A DNA stretch of 64,000 nucleotides, taken from the NCBI GenBank assembly GCA_964411255.1, contig CAYPKD010000003.1:16477-80476 (forward strand), given 5' to 3'. Positions 20,665 through 29,569 of this stretch are shown piece by piece; positions within the stretch are counted from its first letter, which is position 1; each line of letters begins with the position of its first letter. The DNA comes from an uncultured Gammaproteobacteria bacterium. Lineage in GTDB: Bacteria > Patescibacteriota > Patescibacteriia > UBA11705 > DATKZF01. Below the pieces are notes generated by a model. That model searched no databases. It was not told the DNA's origin and saw only the letters and a program-made list of their open reading frames with translations. The translations under genes were made by a program, and so were the position numbers.

Positions 20665-21219
20665 TTAAATATAAAATATAGATTCATTAACCGCTTCTAC
20701 AATATCATTAATCTGGGCCATGGCCCCAACCCCTTCATCTCCGCAAGCTAACATTTTTGCCACTGGATGAACCAAATTAAATCCTGTTTCATAAATAGCT
20801 GTTAAAATATCAATTTGTCTTGTAGTTAAAGGATGCTTCCACATTTCAGTATTCATTGCTGGCGCAACAACTATTGGTTTTGACAAACTCCAGGCTCTGG
20901 CAATGCAGGTTAATAAATTATCACTCAAGCCATTTGCCATTTTTGCCAAAGTATTGGCTGTTAATGGCGCAATCAGCAGAACATCTGCCCATTTACTTAA
21001 TTCGATATGCTGAATATCCTCACCTTTTTGATAACTAACATTTGGCCATTCTTCAGCTTCTGTATATACTTGTACACCCAAGCATTTTTTACTGAAAAAA
21101 TATTGCGATTGCGGAGTAACAACCACTCTCACTTCATGTTCAGCATTATGCAATGCTTGTACAAGCTTTTTAGATAAAGTGGCAGCCACACTGCCAGTAA
21201 TTCCCAGCAGAACTTTCAT
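20665..21219 (-). CDS. coaC: Flavoprotein, phosphopantothenoylcysteine decarboxylase-like (CoaC)
   Basis: GITGSVAA...PAMNTEMWKHP...LACGDEGVGAM. The protein is about 184 aa. It overlaps coaB by 4 nt. Confidence 0.7.
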   Translation of the reverse strand: MKVLLGITGSVAATLSKKLVQALHNAEHEVRVVVTPQSQYFFSKKCLGVQVYTEAEEWPNVSYQKGEDIQHIELSKWADVLLIAPLTANTLAKMANGLSDNLLTCIARAWSLSKPIVVAPAMNTEMWKHPLTTRQIDILTAIYETGFNLVHPVAKMLACGDEGVGAMAQINDIVEAVNESIFYI

Positions 21220-21896
21220 TCTAAGGCCTTCTTTGCAAAATTATACAAACATATACCAATTTCCGTACGATGAACATGAAGAGGTTCAGGATCTTCAGTA
21301 ATAATATATGCATACTTATATGCCCATTCCAGGCAATTAGCGACAATAATGTTTGCATCAGATGTCTGTCTGCTTTTATGAGCTATTTCAAGTAACTGCT
21401 CATCTGACATTTGTACTTGCAATTTGAACTTTACCAGTACTCCAGAAAATCCCCAGGGATCTCTGATCTTGTCAATAATCTTAAATGTGGGAACCATTTC
21501 CAAATATACTTTATCATGACTTGACGAAACTTTTGAAGATGCATCAATTGGAACAATTTTCCCATCTTCATCTATAACGCATACCTGAGAAACCTGATAA
21601 TCGCTTACTGCAGCTGAATGAATTACAACATCATAATCTCCTTCTGTAATTTCTTTTTCCATTAATGCAGCTAATTCATCAAATGTTCTAAATCTTTCAA
21701 CCCAAATTCCACTCAAAGCCTGGACCAAAGAAGGTTCAGAAGTTATCAATGTAACTTCACAACCTTGGCTACTAAAATATTGAGCAATATTTGTTCCAGT
21801 CCTACCTCTAAAAATATTGGTAATAGCTCTTACCTGATCAATCATTACTCTGGTCGAACCTGCTGTCACCAAAACTCTCATGATGCCTCCTTTCAT
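21216..21896 (-). CDS. coaB: Phosphopantothenate-cysteine ligase-like (CoaB, DFP domain)
   Basis: VTAGSTRVMIDQVRAITNIFRGRTGTNIAQ...VTLI matches the CoaB nucleotide-binding region. An alternative start is M6 at 21881, with AAGGAGG 4 nt upstream. Confidence 0.7.
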   Translation of the reverse strand: MKGGIMRVLVTAGSTRVMIDQVRAITNIFRGRTGTNIAQYFSSQGCEVTLITSEPSLVQALSGIWVERFRTFDELAALMEKEITEGDYDVVIHSAAVSDYQVSQVCVIDEDGKIVPIDASSKVSSSHDKVYLEMVPTFKIIDKIRDPWGFSGVLVKFKLQVQMSDEQLLEIAHKSRQTSDANIIVANCLEWAYKYAYIITEDPEPLHVHRTEIGICLYNFAKKALE

Positions 21897-22759
21897 AGGC
21901 CTAAAAGTTTCTGCGCATTTTTATAGAAAATTTTTCCTTTTTCTTCTTCTGATAATCCTAGCATTTTAATCAAATCAACTGAATCTTGATATGACTGAAT
22001 TGGAAAATCTGTGCCAAACATTAGACGGTCAATGCCTTGTGGCAATTGTAAAAATTTTATTATTTCTCTTTTCAAAAGCTGCCGATAATCTGGGTTGTCT
22101 TCTTCTGTGTCAGATAAAAATTGCCCAGACATATCTGTATGAACATTTTCACATTCTGCCATTAGCTGCCGCAGATCTTTAAAATAAGGATTTGCCAAAT
22201 GACTTAATACAAATGTAACATCTGGAAAACTCTGAGCTGCTTTTCGCATTTGTTCTGGGTGAGAAAGATGCTGCAGCCTGTCAAGCCAACAAAAATCATT
22301 GTTGCATTTTAAATCACCCTTTTCCCGCTTTTCTCTGCTGCAGCAGTGATGAAGCTCGCCCGTATGAAACATTACTGGTAATCCAAAACGTTGAGCCAGC
22401 TCATAAATCAGGAACACTTTTTCATCTGAAGCTTTAAAATTCTGATAGCCTGGGTAAAGCTTTATCCCAGCGATCAATTTCTTTTCAGCTAATGCTTCCA
22501 ATTCTCTCAAGCCTGCTTGAAAATTATTCATTATATCTAAACTGCCAAACATGCAAAACAAGCCATTGCCAGCAATTCTGGCCAGCAATTCTTGATTTGT
22601 CAGGCCAGTTTTTTTAAATGGAAAATAAGTTGCCATCAACACAATTTTACAAATTCCAAACTTTTCTGCTAACCTTTCTAAATCTTCAATTGTTGCTGAA
22701 TCTGTATGCAAACCCCATAATTTATGGTTTGAAGTGTGGGCATGGCAATCAATGATCAT
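21893..22759 (-). CDS. Amidohydrolase-2 / TIM-barrel metal-dependent hydrolase family protein
   Basis: An N-terminal IIDCHAH metal-binding motif, an internal MFHTGE, and a C-terminal GTDFP. RBS GGGAGGAGCG. 288 aa. Confidence 0.6.
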   Translation of the reverse strand: MIIDCHAHTSNHKLWGLHTDSATIEDLERLAEKFGICKIVLMATYFPFKKTGLTNQELLARIAGNGLFCMFGSLDIMNNFQAGLRELEALAEKKLIAGIKLYPGYQNFKASDEKVFLIYELAQRFGLPVMFHTGELHHCCSREKREKGDLKCNNDFCWLDRLQHLSHPEQMRKAAQSFPDVTFVLSHLANPYFKDLRQLMAECENVHTDMSGQFLSDTEEDNPDYRQLLKREIIKFLQLPQGIDRLMFGTDFPIQSYQDSVDLIKMLGLSEEEKGKIFYKNAQKLLGL

Positions 22760-22865
22760 GGCGCTCCTCCCTTATTTTCAATGAACAACTCATAATATCA
22801 TATTTATTTCATATATTCAAATGAAATTTTAAAAATGAAAAAAGCAGATTTGATCTGCTTATATT

Positions 22866-23717
22866 TTAAACTTTTAACCTATTGAACATCATAAATAATT
22901 TGTCATCCAAGGATTCTAAATACCACTTGCCATATTTTCCATTTTCAAGATTATAAATCAAAATGTCTGGCAAATCCTGCTCTATTTCATCTGACCAGGA
23001 GGCTGCGGCTAAAGCAATGGTGGCCACTGTATCAACATCGCCAGTAAAAGCAATGCAATTTTTGAGCAAAGAGCTCATGCTTTTACATTCCTTAATAGCA
23101 GTAATTGCAGCCTTTACGCTCATCCAGCCTTTTGAACCCACTGGTTCATCATATGACTTATCCCATGACCCAGGGATATGTTTGTCTAAAAACTTGCCAA
23201 GATCCATTTTTCTTCCCTTCCTATAAAAGAAATAATGAACCATTAATGCTGCTGCCTGAGCAGCAGTAATTCCGTTTTTCGTATTATGTGTCACCTTTGC
23301 CTGAATTCTAGCTCTTGATAAAACCTCATCAATGGTTGGGAATAATCCGATCGGCCCAGCTCTCATCGCTGCTCCGCTTTTATCACTTTCTGGCCTGATA
23401 TTGGCCATGAATTCTTTACCGCTTTTAACACTTTTTAAAAATTGGAAAAAGCCCCTAGCATAGCCCTGCCTAATATCCCGGTGAAAAACTGTTACAAATT
23501 TATGGGCAATATTTTCAGCTGACCAAATCCCATCCTCAATTATCAGCTCAGCAACAGCAATGGCCATCTGAGCATCATCAGTATACCTACCTGGCTTAAT
23601 ATCATGCAATTGATGCCGATAATATTGGCTTAAATCATTATTTTTATGTACAAACTCTTCAGGTGAATATTCAAATCCTGCGCCATAAGCATCGCCAATT
23701 GCCAGTTCAACAAGCAT
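22866..23717 (-). CDS. ADP-ribosylglycohydrolase family protein (DraG/ARH-like)
   Basis: The N-terminal GDAYGAGFE...GRYTDDAQMAIAVAE and the C-terminal FTGDVDTVATIA are the two Mg-binding signature regions of the ADP-ribosylglycohydrolase fold. The gene has its own promoter (TTGACA...TAAGTT) and its own terminator (AGCAGATCAAATCTGCTTTTTT on the minus strand). Confidence 0.7.
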   Translation of the reverse strand: MLVELAIGDAYGAGFEYSPEEFVHKNNDLSQYYRHQLHDIKPGRYTDDAQMAIAVAELIIEDGIWSAENIAHKFVTVFHRDIRQGYARGFFQFLKSVKSGKEFMANIRPESDKSGAAMRAGPIGLFPTIDEVLSRARIQAKVTHNTKNGITAAQAAALMVHYFFYRKGRKMDLGKFLDKHIPGSWDKSYDEPVGSKGWMSVKAAITAIKECKSMSSLLKNCIAFTGDVDTVATIALAAASWSDEIEQDLPDILIYNLENGKYGKWYLESLDDKLFMMFNRLKV

Positions 23718-23870
23718 ACTACCTCCTTTTTCGCATATTGGGATCCATATAACTTATCATTTGATTCAATTTTTGTCAATAAATTACTACCAGCAATATT
23801 GGTAGTTTTTTATCTTGCAGGCTATGCCTACTATATCTTTTTATTTTTATCAACGCTTATACTCGTTTAT

Positions 23871-24009
23871 AGCATCGGGGTCTGGGGGGCTCATTGCCCA
23901 TGGCAAGATGTAAAAAAACGTAATCATTACTTCGCATTTGAGCCCCCCAGAACTTTTTGCCTACTTTTTGGTTACAAAAAGTAGGTCGGCGTAAGCCGAA
24001 ATTGAAAAG
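23871..24009. repeat. 139-nt structured repeat, copy B
   Basis: See copy A. It lies between the kinase-gene terminator and the ADP-ribosylglycohydrolase promoter. Confidence 0.6.
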
Positions 24010-24149
24010 AATTATAGCAATCTGAAAAAACTGCGTTATAAAACAAAGTCGATGCCTTTAAACTCTTGCCAGTAAAAACTTCAGTGAAGGATGGCACACT
24101 CCAATTGACGCTGTTTTTTCCTTTAATAAAAAACCTGGCTTTATGTAAG

Positions 24150-26453
24150 TCAGGTTAATTTATAATAAATGGTTTCATTTTCACCATCAAATTCTGTTCT
24201 TAAATACTGAATGTAACACATTTTACCATCTAATTGAATCACTGTGTATTTAGCATATGCATCAATAAATTCAAATTCCTTTTTCTTCATTTTGCAATGA
24301 ATAGCAAGGCTTGCTTCTGGAGTACTAAATCTCATTACTCTACCAGAAATAATTTCTTCTGTTTCTTCATCTAATAGAACAACTCGAGTTTTTCCAGAAA
24401 CAAAATCAATTTGCTGCCAAGCATATATTTGCTGAATTTCATCAAATGTCAAAATCCTTTCAACACCTGAGGCTGCATATTGCTTAAAAGTTCGATAATT
24501 ATTATCCTTTACTGCATTTCGAATTATTTCTCCCCAGGATTTATGATCATAATGATCGCCTTCAAAGGCAAAGACTGATCTTTGATCATAAATCTGAAAT
24601 TCATCAAACATTTGCCATACTTCTGGATTGCCTGATGCCACACCCACGATATTTTCCCGTTCTGGCATCATTGTAAAATGCATTCGCAGTTCATTATGTG
24701 TTTCATAAAACGGCGTTAGCATAAAACAAAAATCTTCTTCAGTAAAACCTTTATCAAATAGCGACTGGCCAACCATTTTCATTACCAGCCATTTGGGAAT
24801 GGGGTCCCGGTCAGTAATGGTATATGACCGCTGAATTGAAATTTTTACAAAAAATCCCAATTCCAGCAAACGAGAAATGTATTCAATATGACCTTTGTGC
24901 GGTATACCCATCCGAGCTGGGAATAAAATAATATTCTTTTTCTTTGAACGTTTGTTCTCTCTTCCCTTTTGCCAAATGGTCATTTTTTTTGGACCATTCA
25001 ACATATCTATTAATTTTTCCAAACTAATTCTATCTGCTGGATTTTTGCAAACCATCTTTTTAATTATTTCTAACCGACTATCTCCAAGCTTTTCAGCTAA
25101 ATTATGCCTATAAGGCAAAACAATGTTTGGCCAAACATACTTTAGTGCAGCACTTTGCTGATATGAATCGCCCTCAACCAACTTTTTCTCAATCATAAAC
25201 GGATGCTTTGCTTCAATGAGCATGTGAAACAATACTCCCAGCTGGAAAACATCACTTTGCTTTGACGCTCGGAAATATGTTCCAACTTCTGGAGGAACAA
25301 ATCTAGCATCAAATGGATAAGAATCCACTTCTGTCTGCCCGTCTTTTAGTATTCGCGATACACCAAAGTCAAGAATCTGTACATCCTGACCGTTAAACAA
25401 TACATTTTCCGGCTTAAGATCAAGGTAAAGCACATCATTTTCATGTAGCCAAGCAAGCTTTTCAGCGATTTTTCTGATAATAAAACAAACTTGGTCAACT
25501 GACAGCTGATTTCCAGGTTTAACATAGTCTGACAAAGGCTGGCCAAAGTGAATTGACTGCTTGATAAATGCCAGATCATCTGTAATCTGAATTCTTCCAT
25601 AATGCCTGGGAAGAAAATCAGTTCTGCGCAAATGCTCGTAAACTTTGTCTTCATTATCAAAAATGTCACCTAAAATATTATCATTATAATCAAGAAGTTC
25701 CTTAAAAATTTTAATAATGCCATCTGAATCCATTGCCAAATATACATAACTGCATCTGCGAACATTATTAATTCCAGCCTGCAGCCTTTTTAGCACAACA
25801 ATTTTATTTTGATGGCAATATTCAAAGAATAATTGCTCTACATCTATTTCTGCTTCTTTTTTGACAAAAATATCTTGTTTTATTGCCAACTGATAGAGCA
25901 ATTTCTTTCTCTCACGTGACATAACCTTATCTTCTAAGCAATCTTCTAATACTTGCGTCCAAAATATATTTGGCACAAAATATTTTTCTACAATCATTTC
26001 AATGAATTTAATATCATCATCATTAATGAAATTAAATTGCTGGCAAACAGCATCAATATACATATCAAACCATTTAACACCAAATGATTTGAACCAATCT
26101 GCATAATCTTCCACTTTTAACGAACCAATGTCTTCTCTGTGGCCAATCTGCTTTATCTGCCAGACAGATCGTATCTGACCATAAAGCTTTGCTAATCGCA
26201 AGACATTTTCCATTGAATCCCAGTCTCGCAAATGTTCAAAACATTTGATTGCATAATAAAGCTCTCTTCTATCCATGATTAGAGAACATAAATGAGCTCT
26301 GGCAATCAAATCTCCAGCCAGTCTTTTATCTTCAGCTGTATTAAGGTCAATTACAATCTGCTTATAAGCTTGCCTAAGGTTCGAAAGGCTCCCTTCCTGG
26401 TCAATTTCAACCATTTTGGAAAAGAGCATTTGCATTATCTGTTGTATTTTCAT
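24150..26453 (-). CDS. Multidomain protein: N-terminal helical domain, Ser/Thr protein-kinase-like domain, and NMNAT/cytidylyltransferase-like (HxGH) nucleotidyltransferase domain
   Basis: The kinase core is LYLDLKPENVLF (catalytic loop, D/K/N conserved), ILDFGVSR (DFG) and PPEV (APE-like). Downstream, ILFPARMGIPHKGHIEYISRLLELG resembles the archaeal NadM/NMNAT motif GRFQPFHKGH. 767 aa. The terminator is CCTGGCTTTATGTAAGTCAGG plus T-run on the minus strand. Confidence 0.6.
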   Translation of the reverse strand: MKIQQIMQMLFSKMVEIDQEGSLSNLRQAYKQIVIDLNTAEDKRLAGDLIARAHLCSLIMDRRELYYAIKCFEHLRDWDSMENVLRLAKLYGQIRSVWQIKQIGHREDIGSLKVEDYADWFKSFGVKWFDMYIDAVCQQFNFINDDDIKFIEMIVEKYFVPNIFWTQVLEDCLEDKVMSRERKKLLYQLAIKQDIFVKKEAEIDVEQLFFEYCHQNKIVVLKRLQAGINNVRRCSYVYLAMDSDGIIKIFKELLDYNDNILGDIFDNEDKVYEHLRRTDFLPRHYGRIQITDDLAFIKQSIHFGQPLSDYVKPGNQLSVDQVCFIIRKIAEKLAWLHENDVLYLDLKPENVLFNGQDVQILDFGVSRILKDGQTEVDSYPFDARFVPPEVGTYFRASKQSDVFQLGVLFHMLIEAKHPFMIEKKLVEGDSYQQSAALKYVWPNIVLPYRHNLAEKLGDSRLEIIKKMVCKNPADRISLEKLIDMLNGPKKMTIWQKGRENKRSKKKNIILFPARMGIPHKGHIEYISRLLELGFFVKISIQRSYTITDRDPIPKWLVMKMVGQSLFDKGFTEEDFCFMLTPFYETHNELRMHFTMMPERENIVGVASGNPEVWQMFDEFQIYDQRSVFAFEGDHYDHKSWGEIIRNAVKDNNYRTFKQYAASGVERILTFDEIQQIYAWQQIDFVSGKTRVVLLDEETEEIISGRVMRFSTPEASLAIHCKMKKKEFEFIDAYAKYTVIQLDGKMCYIQYLRTEFDGENETIYYKLT

Positions 26454-26526
26454 TTGCTGCCCCTTTCCGCAATTGATTGGCCATTAAAAAACCGCGCTGA
26501 ATTTGGCCAGCACAGTTTATTTCATA

Positions 26527-27549
26527 TTAGACTAAGATTCTATCCATCAAATCTCCGACTTCATCTTCTGGTTTTTCTAAATATTTGCCAAAACGCCTGA
26601 TCGCTTCATGCGCCCGCTGCAAAGTTTCACGGCCAAAGACCGGATCTGCAAGCCATTTTTCATAGAGCAGACTGAGAAACATCTCAACAGTCTGAAATCC
26701 CTGATGCCTGGCAATGAGGAAAAGCAAAGCGTTTCCAGTGATTGCCATCCGGTGTTCAGCTTCTCTGATTTTTGAAAGATCGATCAGATCAAACTTTGCT
26801 CTGTCATCTTTCAAAAATTTAGCCTGCATTTCTCCAATTCTTCTGCTCGGACTACAGCCAACCACTTCAAATGAAGTAAAAGTTTGCTGCACCCGCTTGA
26901 CTGATTCTTTCCAATCCCGATGAAACGGACAGCCGTCATCGCCTGACATGCCCATTCCATGAGCAACAACATCAGTAACCAAGTATAGATGCTTTTCTTC
27001 AGCCTCACCAAAGTTAATGTCACATGCAGCCCAAAGGGCGCATTCAATAGCTTCTGGCGGATCGCCACCATCAGCATTTTGAATATGCCGAATGCTCGAA
27101 TGAAGAATTTTATCACCTTCTTCATCAGGCGAAACAAAATCAACTTCTTGCATGATACGATCATCATCACAATGATCGCTAAAATAAACAAAAGCAATCT
27201 GCGAATCACTGTCAATTGATTTCAAAAAAGCGGTCAAATATCCAGAGCTGGCCTTTAGATGGTCAGAAATTGTTCTATTTGAACCTGAATTATCAATCAA
27301 TACAACATGAATTCTTTTAATACCAGGGGCTGGCTTGGTGATTTTAAGCTTTACCAAATTTTGGTCATAAACCGAACTGGTATCTCTTTTAACTCTCGGC
27401 CGTGCTTCATGAACCCTGGCCTTTGAAGTGGCAATTCTTTCTCTTCGATCGTCCCAGGCTCTGTCCCTGGCACGTCTATCATCACTGAAAAGTCCTCTAC
27501 TGCCTCTTTCAAAACTTGATCTATAAGATCTTCTAACGCCTCCACTCAT
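26527..27549 (-). CDS. von Willebrand factor type A (vWA) domain protein with an Arg-rich N-terminus
   Basis: IHVVLIDNSGSNRT gives the MIDAS motif DxSGS. The likely start is M30 (MSGGVRRSY) at 27549, with AAGGAGG 7 nt upstream. The ORF track begins at 27636. Confidence 0.6.
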   Translation of the reverse strand: MSGGVRRSYRSSFERGSRGLFSDDRRARDRAWDDRRERIATSKARVHEARPRVKRDTSSVYDQNLVKLKITKPAPGIKRIHVVLIDNSGSNRTISDHLKASSGYLTAFLKSIDSDSQIAFVYFSDHCDDDRIMQEVDFVSPDEEGDKILHSSIRHIQNADGGDPPEAIECALWAACDINFGEAEEKHLYLVTDVVAHGMGMSGDDGCPFHRDWKESVKRVQQTFTSFEVVGCSPSRRIGEMQAKFLKDDRAKFDLIDLSKIREAEHRMAITGNALLFLIARHQGFQTVEMFLSLLYEKWLADPVFGRETLQRAHEAIRRFGKYLEKPEDEVGDLMDRILV

Positions 27550-27686
27550 TTTTTTCCTCCTTCGTTTGGCATGAGTGAGATTGACTGCTAAAACTGGCCA
27601 ATACCAGTTATGTTTGATGTAAAAGAACATTATCATAATTTAACATTGAAATCAAAATTTGTCAATCTCAACACTGTTAAAAATGC

Positions 27687-29255
27687 TTGTTTTTTAGGCA
27701 AAAAATTGCTAAAATATACATAATTCCACTCTTTATGAAAACTTTTTTTAAAAAAAATAAATTTCAAATAATCTTATTTATTATCTTTATAATATCAGCT
27801 GTCTTTTTTAGCTCTCATTATTTAATTAACTGGGATGCAGGGCAATTTGCTTTAGGAACTCAAAATTATGATTTAAATAATCATCAGCCACACACGCCTG
27901 GCTATTTTTTGTTTGTAAAAGGAGCGCAAGTGCTTAATTATATAATTGGAAACATAAACATTTGTTTTATTATTATAAATTTAATTGCCGGAGCTTTGGC
28001 AATTTATTTTTTGTACAAATTAATTGTTTTAATTTCGCAAAACAAAAAAACTTCCTTTATTATAACTTTATTATTTATTGTTAATCCTGTCTTTTGGTAT
28101 TATCACAATATTGCCAATACTTATATCTTTGAGTCTTTGGCAATAATTTTAACTTCTCTTTTTACTTACAAATCGTTTTTAGGACATAAAAACTCTCTCA
28201 TTTATAATTTAGGATTAATTGCTGTTCTAATGGGATTTCGGCCTTCCATAATTATTGTAACTTTGCCGCTTTTAATCATTCAATTCATTTTTGCAAAACA
28301 AAAATTAAAAAATTTTTTACTCGGCTTTTTAATTTTTGTAATTCTGTTTGCTGTCTGGTTTATTCCTTTTATAAATATAATTGGCTTTGATAATTTTATT
28401 GATATAACAAAAAACCAGCTTCAAGTCAGCTCAGAAGCATTCTCCCAAAAATCCCAAATCGTTTTTTTAATAAAAAGTATTTTATTATCTCTAAATGTTT
28501 TAATTTTGCTCTTATTAATTAGAATTAAGAAAAATTTTAAATTTTTAAAAGATAAAAAACTTTTTTACTTTTTAATTCCAGCTCTTATCACTCTTTTATT
28601 TTATACATTTGTGCATATAGGTGAGGTTGGATATATTTTGTCAATCATTCCGCTCTTTTATTTATTTATAATTTTGCCGATTCAATATTTTTCAAAAAAA
28701 TCTTGGGGAATTGTTTTTATAATCCTAATTTTGATTCTACAAATTTCTATTTTCATTTGGCCACAAACAATTTTTAAAGATAATAAAATTGAAAAACTTA
28801 ATTATTTATCTATAAAAAAACATGATCAGAGAATTTATAATTATAAAAAACTACTGTACTCACAATATTTATACAAAACGACCTTAATATTAGTTTTACG
28901 TGGGCAATACCTGGATGAGCAACAAAATATTCAGTCATATGAATACGATGATATAAGAGTTTTAGGTTATTATTTACCTGATTACAATTTGTATGATTTT
29001 TCAGGCGTAACGTCTGAATACTCTGTAATTGGAGGATTTAAAACTGAAAAATACTTTACAAATCAAATTAAGATTATTCCGAATAATACGGATAAAATTG
29101 TAATTATTGCTGATTATATAAATCCAATTGATTATCCAGATGAGTTTGAAATTGAGGAAAAACAAATTCCTCAAACAAATCAAATGTATTATACTGGTAA
29201 TATAGCTGAAATTGATAAATTTGAATTCAAGGGATTCTTTTTTAACAAAAGATAA
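27687..29255 (+). CDS. Polytopic membrane protein, GT-C-fold glycosyltransferase-like (ArnT/PMT family)
   Basis: First loop WDAGQFALG...HQPHTPGYFL matches the Dxx..(F/Y)A plus PPGY/PPLY pattern of GT39/GT83 enzymes. 522 aa with many TM segments. Confidence 0.5.
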   Translation: MFFRQKIAKIYIIPLFMKTFFKKNKFQIILFIIFIISAVFFSSHYLINWDAGQFALGTQNYDLNNHQPHTPGYFLFVKGAQVLNYIIGNINICFIIINLIAGALAIYFLYKLIVLISQNKKTSFIITLLFIVNPVFWYYHNIANTYIFESLAIILTSLFTYKSFLGHKNSLIYNLGLIAVLMGFRPSIIIVTLPLLIIQFIFAKQKLKNFLLGFLIFVILFAVWFIPFINIIGFDNFIDITKNQLQVSSEAFSQKSQIVFLIKSILLSLNVLILLLLIRIKKNFKFLKDKKLFYFLIPALITLLFYTFVHIGEVGYILSIIPLFYLFIILPIQYFSKKSWGIVFIILILILQISIFIWPQTIFKDNKIEKLNYLSIKKHDQRIYNYKKLLYSQYLYKTTLILVLRGQYLDEQQNIQSYEYDDIRVLGYYLPDYNLYDFSGVTSEYSVIGGFKTEKYFTNQIKIIPNNTDKIVIIADYINPIDYPDEFEIEEKQIPQTNQMYYTGNIAEIDKFEFKGFFFNKR

Positions 29256-29569
29256 GACCACCCACCCCCACCCCCTCCCTACAAGGGAGGGGAGTAATGC
29301 GCTACCGCGCAAGTGGGTTCGTCGTCAGCCCAACAAGTTGGGCATCCTTCTCACCCTTTTTACATTTGTAATTATTTGCCTACACTGAACAAAGCCAAAG
29401 AATAATAAAAAAATCATCCAGATCTTGTAGAAGGACACCATATTTTTACTTTTTTCAGCCAAAGGCTGATCCGCCTTAGGCGGACATTTTTACTTTTTAA
29501 TATTTTATTATGCCGCATTCAAGACATCATACATTTACCAATTTTTTTAAAAACAAGGAAATCAACTCC

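Noticed and set aside
29256-29509. A C-rich hairpin cluster (CCCCTCCCTACAAGGGAGGGG and others) as a possible ncRNA
   Set aside because: It is most simply a compound terminator region between two co-oriented membrane-protein genes. There is no promoter-like element or conserved motif apart from the single TGCCTACACTG 11-mer noted under the Rsr repeats.
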